Assembly (NCBI GenBank): GCA_019057385.1
Contig: JAHQJS010000006.1
Span: 384,001 to 448,000 of the forward strand
Direction: 5' to 3'
Length of the DNA stretch: 64,000 nt
From: Candidatus Borrarchaeum weybense
GTDB lineage: Archaea; Asgardarchaeota; Sifarchaeia; Borrarchaeales; Borrarchaeaceae
Positions 59,601 to 64,000 of this stretch are shown here, in pieces (position 1 is the first letter of the stretch; each line of letters starts with the position of its first letter). A program made the translations under genes and the position numbers. The notes below the pieces were generated by a model. The model ran no database searches. It worked only from the letters and a program-made list of their open reading frames with translations, and had not been told where the DNA came from.

Positions 59601-60107
59601 ATGTCAAAAAACACGAAAACACCTTTTCCGGCACTAAAGAGAGGGCTTCCCTGGGAACTAAAATGTAAATTTGCACAGGGACAATTGACGACCCTGTTCA
59701 AGGGTATAATGAATGAAATTCGAGAAAAATATGACGCGGTTGCAGCACTTGAAATTGCTGAAAAGACTTGGAAAAGAGAGGATAGAGTAAAGAATATGGT
59801 AAAAACACTTAAAGATGTTTTCAAAATCGAGGGCAACGATATGGAAGCAATGAATAAGTGGTGGAACATTTATTGGGAGCTGACTGGTGTTGAAGCTACT
59901 TATCTTGAATTGAGTGAAACATACACGAAAACTAAAATCACTAACTGTCCATGGAGCACAACAGATCCCAAGGATATCTGCAACTGGTGCACAATCTACA
60001 GTAATATTATTGAAAAGGCCATGAATCCAAAGGCTACAATTAAACGACTTAAAGGAATGTGTGCAGGAGATCAATATTGTGAATTCTTTACAAAAATCGA
60101 AGAGTGA
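59601..60107 (+). CDS. ATC-hydrolase/V4R-like protein
   Basis: ITNCPW...ICNWC...MCAGDQYCEF. Confidence 0.75.
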   Translation: MSKNTKTPFPALKRGLPWELKCKFAQGQLTTLFKGIMNEIREKYDAVAALEIAEKTWKREDRVKNMVKTLKDVFKIEGNDMEAMNKWWNIYWELTGVEATYLELSETYTKTKITNCPWSTTDPKDICNWCTIYSNIIEKAMNPKATIKRLKGMCAGDQYCEFFTKIEE

Positions 60108-60156
60108 AGATATGGTAAATAATCGTGACCTAGAAGCAATCTCCACTTTTTAAAAC

Positions 60157-60960
60157 TTAGAGAGTTCCTAATAGTTCATCTAACTCTGAGGGATCTCCTA
60201 AAGCCTCTTTCACTATTTCGTTCTGCAATCCCTCAACGGTAGGTCCACAGAAGATCATTTTCCCTCTATTTAGAACAAGTAAGTTTTCTGACCATTTATG
60301 AAATCGTTGATCATGAGATGCAAATAAAATAGCCAATTCTTTTTCTTGTGTAATCTCGTTTAGAAGTTTAATTAGCGCTATTGTTGTCGGTAAATCGAGA
60401 TTTGCATAGGGTTCATCAAATATTAGCATTTTTGGATCCATGGCTAAAACGCCTGCAATTGCGACCCTCTTCTTTTGACCGAAACTTAAGTTAAATGGAG
60501 AATAGTCTTTCCATTCTTCCATTCCCATTTTCCTAAGAGCATCATATACAATTTCTTCAACTTCATTTTCTGGAAGTCCTAAATTTCTAGGCCCAAAGGC
60601 CACATCTTCAAAACAAGTCGTAGCAAAGACTTGATTATCCGGATTTTGAAAAACAAATCCGACCTCTCTTCTAATTTCATCAAAATTTTCTTTATTAACA
60701 ATCTTATCGAAAACACGTACCTCTCCTTTAATTGGGGTATTTAATCCTACAATCATTTTCAAAAGCGTTGTTTTTCCAGCCCCATTTGGACCTGCGATGG
60801 CAAATTTAGTTCCTTGAGGAACTGAAAAACTAATATCTTCCATTAGAAATCCTTTTGAACCATGTTGATATTGAAATGAAACGTCCTTAAACTCCACTGC
60901 CACTGAGTAATCCACTAATACTCCTCCAAATCCATGTGATAATGTAACTCTCGATGTCAA
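60157..60960 (-). CDS. cbiO: ECF transporter ATPase CbiO/NikO
   Basis: GPNGAGKT, FQNPDNQ, LSFGQKKRV, FDEP, SHD. Confidence 0.9.
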   Translation of the reverse strand: MTSRVTLSHGFGGVLVDYSVAVEFKDVSFQYQHGSKGFLMEDISFSVPQGTKFAIAGPNGAGKTTLLKMIVGLNTPIKGEVRVFDKIVNKENFDEIRREVGFVFQNPDNQVFATTCFEDVAFGPRNLGLPENEVEEIVYDALRKMGMEEWKDYSPFNLSFGQKKRVAIAGVLAMDPKMLIFDEPYANLDLPTTIALIKLLNEITQEKELAILFASHDQRFHKWSENLLVLNRGKMIFCGPTVEGLQNEIVKEALGDPSELDELLGTL

Positions 60961-61747
60961 TCGGAAGCCATAGTTCTATTATAATCCAAATTACTATACA
61001 AAGAACAATGCAAGTTGCTAATAATGCATATTCTTTTTTCTTTAATCTAGTTTTTCTGAATTGTATCTTGCTTTTAAGTCCTCGAAGGGACATCGCCTCA
61101 TAAACTGCAAGCCCTCTATCATATGAGCGAATGAAGATCATACCTAACATTGCCGCCGCCGCCGCAAAACGTGACTTTTTTGTACCCAAATGTAACCCTC
61201 TTAGAGTCTGAGCCGTTCTAACAGTTGCCGCTTCCTCAAAGATAAGAGGTGCGTAACGTAAGATGAGCATTATCATTGATACCATTGTTTCCGGCAGACG
61301 AATATCTCTTAACCCGTCCACAAACTCTTGCATGGTCATCGAGGACGTAAATGTTGTGATTATCAAAACCGCACAGATCCCTCTAAGCATTATCAGGGCA
61401 AAAAATCGCAATCCTTCTTGGTAGACATTTACCGTGAACCCTAAAAGTTGAAATGTAGTGATAATTGCATCAGGAGACCCTTTTGAAAACGTGTTAAAGA
61501 TTCCGAGGGAAAACAGCACAGGAATTGCCACCCATGAATGCTCTATGGCATGAAGAATTCGCCCTTGTAGTGACTTTGCGATAACTAATGCGCAAATGAA
61601 AGTCAAAAAAATTATGACGAAATCTGTGTTTGCGACAACTGCGACTGCAAATGCAATCATGAGTACAACTTTCGCTGCAGGTGATAACTGTGGAGGACTT
61701 TCCTCACTAAATTTTCTAAAAGGTAACGTAAAGTAGTGCCCTTTCAT
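60887..61747 (-). CDS. cbiQ: ECF T component CbiQ/NikQ
   Basis: LRY, AQTLRG, AMSLRG. Confidence 0.9.
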   Translation of the reverse strand: MKGHYFTLPFRKFSEESPPQLSPAAKVVLMIAFAVAVVANTDFVIIFLTFICALVIAKSLQGRILHAIEHSWVAIPVLFSLGIFNTFSKGSPDAIITTFQLLGFTVNVYQEGLRFFALIMLRGICAVLIITTFTSSMTMQEFVDGLRDIRLPETMVSMIMLILRYAPLIFEEAATVRTAQTLRGLHLGTKKSRFAAAAAMLGMIFIRSYDRGLAVYEAMSLRGLKSKIQFRKTRLKKKEYALLATCIVLCIVIWIIIELWLPIDIESYIITWIWRSISGLLSGSGV

Positions 61748-61855
61748 AACTAAGATCTCCAGTGGGAGAGAAATTCTTCTAACAACTTATGGTGTCGTGA
61801 ATATAACAAGTATAAAAAAAAGATTGTGAAACTTACATATAAGTAAGAAAAAAAT

Positions 61856-62149
61856 TCAGCTTCTTTTTAGATACCGAACTGCCAGCATTATCACAATGAT
61901 GATTGCGAACACACTAACCATACCGACCGCCATAGTTAGAAGATCAGCCGCGAACCCTTCACCAAACGATAAAAAGCCGCCCTCTGCACCTTCCACGCCG
62001 ACTGCTTCGAACATTCTCTCAAGACCATCTGGATTTTCTGAGGCTATAAATGCAAATACAGCCATGATTACAAATGCTACTATCAGTGACAATATCACGT
62101 ATCTAGGAATTGTAAAACCTTCTTTAGTAGTTGCAGCCATTATTTTCAC
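61856..62149 (-). CDS. PDGLE-domain component (NikN-type)
   Basis: ASENPDGLE between two TMs. Confidence 0.9.
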   Translation of the reverse strand: MKIMAATTKEGFTIPRYVILSLIVAFVIMAVFAFIASENPDGLERMFEAVGVEGAEGGFLSFGEGFAADLLTMAVGMVSVFAIIIVIMLAVRYLKRS

Positions 62150-62150
62150 C

Positions 62151-62816
62151 TCATTCGGATGTCATAACTCCAGGTGCCAATTCGAAATGTGTCAACTCTA
62201 GAAGATCAGGGCGTACTTTTGTTGTGTATGCAACAATTGCCATTGAAATTACTGCCTCACCGATTCCAATTATTGCATGAAGTCCAACCATCCAACCAAT
62301 TACAAGTGCTGCTGGTTCTAATCCTGCAACTATCATTTCCAGGGAAGCAACGAAAGCTGCAACAACAGTAGCTACAAATCCTGCAATTCCGACAGCAATG
62401 GTTTTCGCGTTTTTATTATCTTTCATTAGTTTCGTGACAAGCCCTATGATAACCCAGCTTACTAAACCTCCAATAACTCCCATATTAAGCACATTAGCAC
62501 CGTAAGCTGTAATACCGCCGTCGCCAAAGAATGCCTGCACTAATAAAACACTTGCAATAATCACTATTGCGCCAGCAGGCCCCACATAGGCAGTAGCTAG
62601 AGCTGTGCCCACAAGATGACCACTTGAACCGTAAGGTACTGGGAAGTTGAACATCTGAGCTGCAAAAATGCCCGCTGCTAAAACGCCAAGAAGCGGTATG
62701 TGTTTGTCTTCGAGACCTTTTCCTATTCTATAGATCGAATATGCTATAAAAATTACTGCAATTATCAAATAGACAATCGCTTGTTCTATAGGAATAATTC
62801 CATCGGGAATATGCAT
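62151..62816 (-). CDS. cbiM: ECF S component CbiM/NikM
   Basis: MHIPDG, FNFP, SSGH, GDGG..A.GAN. Confidence 0.95.
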   Translation of the reverse strand: MHIPDGIIPIEQAIVYLIIAVIFIAYSIYRIGKGLEDKHIPLLGVLAAGIFAAQMFNFPVPYGSSGHLVGTALATAYVGPAGAIVIIASVLLVQAFFGDGGITAYGANVLNMGVIGGLVSWVIIGLVTKLMKDNKNAKTIAVGIAGFVATVVAAFVASLEMIVAGLEPAALVIGWMVGLHAIIGIGEAVISMAIVAYTTKVRPDLLELTHFELAPGVMTSE

Positions 62817-62910
62817 CTTATTGACTCCTCCTATTTTTTTCTTGTCTCTCTGTAATTTAGAGGCGTTGTATATAGGTATTACTGCCTCTTTACAGAGAAA
62901 ACTTATTAGA

Positions 62911-62983
62911 ATATTACTGATTACGGTATTCGTAAGACTCCAAAAAAGAATATAAGTGTTACTCTATTGCGAGCGCGTAATAT
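62911..62983. promoter_or_regulatory. Two putative NikR-type operators upstream of cbiM/nikM
   Basis: ATATTA-N16-TAAGAC (62911-62938) and GTGTTA-N16-TAATAT (62956-62983); same geometry as the NikR box GTATGA-N16-TCATAC. Confidence 0.55.
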
Positions 62984-63066
62984 CACAGACACAAAAAACA
63001 TCTTTTAATTGCTTGTGATTATTGATATCCAGCCTGCGAGATTAGATTAATAATATAAAAACGTTC

Positions 63067-63252
63067 TCAGAATACCTGGGCATCCAATAAATCTCTAATT
63101 TCAAAAACTATTTTCAAATATCGATCAATTTGTGATAGCAGTAACTCTAATTCTCCGCTATCTATATTTTTTAGAATAGGATGTCCTACATCATTTCTAG
63201 TCAATCGATATGATTTGAAACCTGTATCAACGATATCATCAAATTCGAACAA
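63067..63252 (-). other. Short ORF, possibly a C-terminal gene remnant with an RN-x3-HP (HEPN-like) motif
   Basis: YRLTRNDVGHP; overlaps the end of the upstream LAGLIDADG gene. Confidence 0.3.
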
Positions 63253-64000
63253 CTTTATTGATGATTAATTTCTCTAATCCTTGCTTTTTAGTAGTTACAT
63301 GCAACTTAAGGTCAAATTCTGAATACATCAGTTCATAAAGTCTCACTAATGATTCTGAAGCTGAAATTCTCATTCTATAACCATAAATTGTGTTATCAAT
63401 TGTATATCGCCCAAGGAGTTCAGCAATGTCCTGTAGAAATAAGATTGAGGAATTTCCAATAATCACATGAAGAGACTTCTTATGTAAATTAACACCGCCT
63501 TCACATTCAAAGGTTGCTCGTAATACTGCACCGTGTAGCTTCGGATCGGTAGATTTCATTATCAGTCGTGGCAATTTCACCAGTCCGCTTTTCACTCCCA
63601 ATGGGACTCCGTAAGTGTATATTAAAAGACCTGCTAATTCCGCAGAATAAATGTTGAAAGTACCCAACATGCCAGGTTTGAACTTGTAGCCATGGCTACT
63701 CCATCCTATATGCAATGCCGGTGTTATAGTTAGTATATGGCACATGATATCTCGAAATTCAACACAATCCTCTTTTCTAAAAGCAAATTGCACTCTTCGC
63801 TCTCGCAGGTGGCCATCACATAAAACTGAAGTTATGAAATATACCCCTTCTGGAGTCAGCAGTTTCACATTGCTCAAATCTTTTTTATATTTCCTTTGAA
63901 CTTCAGGTTTTCTATAGCCTACCATTCCTTTTTTTCGTAATTGCCTTATTCTATAATCAACTGATTCTAAACTGCGCCCTAATTTAACAGCTATTTGTTC
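63239..64000 (-). CDS. HTH + LAGLIDADG-family protein, 5' end outside the window
   Basis: Frame open to 64000 (EQIAVKLGRSLESVDYRIRQLRKKG); YFITSVLCDGH and AVLRATFECEGGV motifs. Confidence 0.75.
   Translation of the reverse strand, partial: EQIAVKLGRSLESVDYRIRQLRKKGMVGYRKPEVQRKYKKDLSNVKLLTPEGVYFITSVLCDGHLRERRVQFAFRKEDCVEFRDIMCHILTITPALHIGWSSHGYKFKPGMLGTFNIYSAELAGLLIYTYGVPLGVKSGLVKLPRLIMKSTDPKLHGAVLRATFECEGGVNLHKKSLHVIIGNSSILFLQDIAELLGRYTIDNTIYGYRMRISASESLVRLYELMYSEFDLKLHVTTKKQGLEKLIINKVVRI

Noticed and set aside
35-62371. Many short ORF-track entries antisense to or nested in real genes (e.g. 35-322, 6324-6575, 15606-16178, 27163-27996, 59658-60146)
   Set aside because: Shadow ORFs with no motifs, overlapping well-supported genes
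1-64000. tRNA, rRNA, RNase P or SRP RNA genes
   Set aside because: None recognised; the GC-rich structured intergenic segments are explained by IS200/IS605-derived elements

Overview
AT-rich archaeal chromosome segment, most likely from an Asgard archaeon (inference from a roadblock/LC7 protein, an MglA-like small GTPase, a longin-domain protein and PCI-like winged helices alongside archaeal core genes such as rpoK/Rpo6, psmB, PAC2, L13e and pantoate kinase). Most of the ~55 CDS are housekeeping or transport genes: an ABC importer, a CbiMNQO/NikMNQO ECF system, a sulfur-relay cluster and a class II ribonucleotide reductase with two inteins. The window also holds many IS200/IS605-family elements: an intact IscB with its omegaRNA, a stand-alone omegaRNA copy in the roadblock 5' leader, TnpB-derived non-autonomous elements and isolated ends. 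The best candidate for an undescribed system is at 34.5-37.0 kb. There an N-formylglutamate-amidohydrolase-type Zn hydrolase is fused to a complete archaeal histone fold and lies head-to-head with a GCS2-family carboxylate-amine ligase, suggesting a possible writer/eraser pair for glutamyl-type modification on chromatin. No tRNA, rRNA or CRISPR array was recognised. All calls are by eye from motifs; no searches were run.
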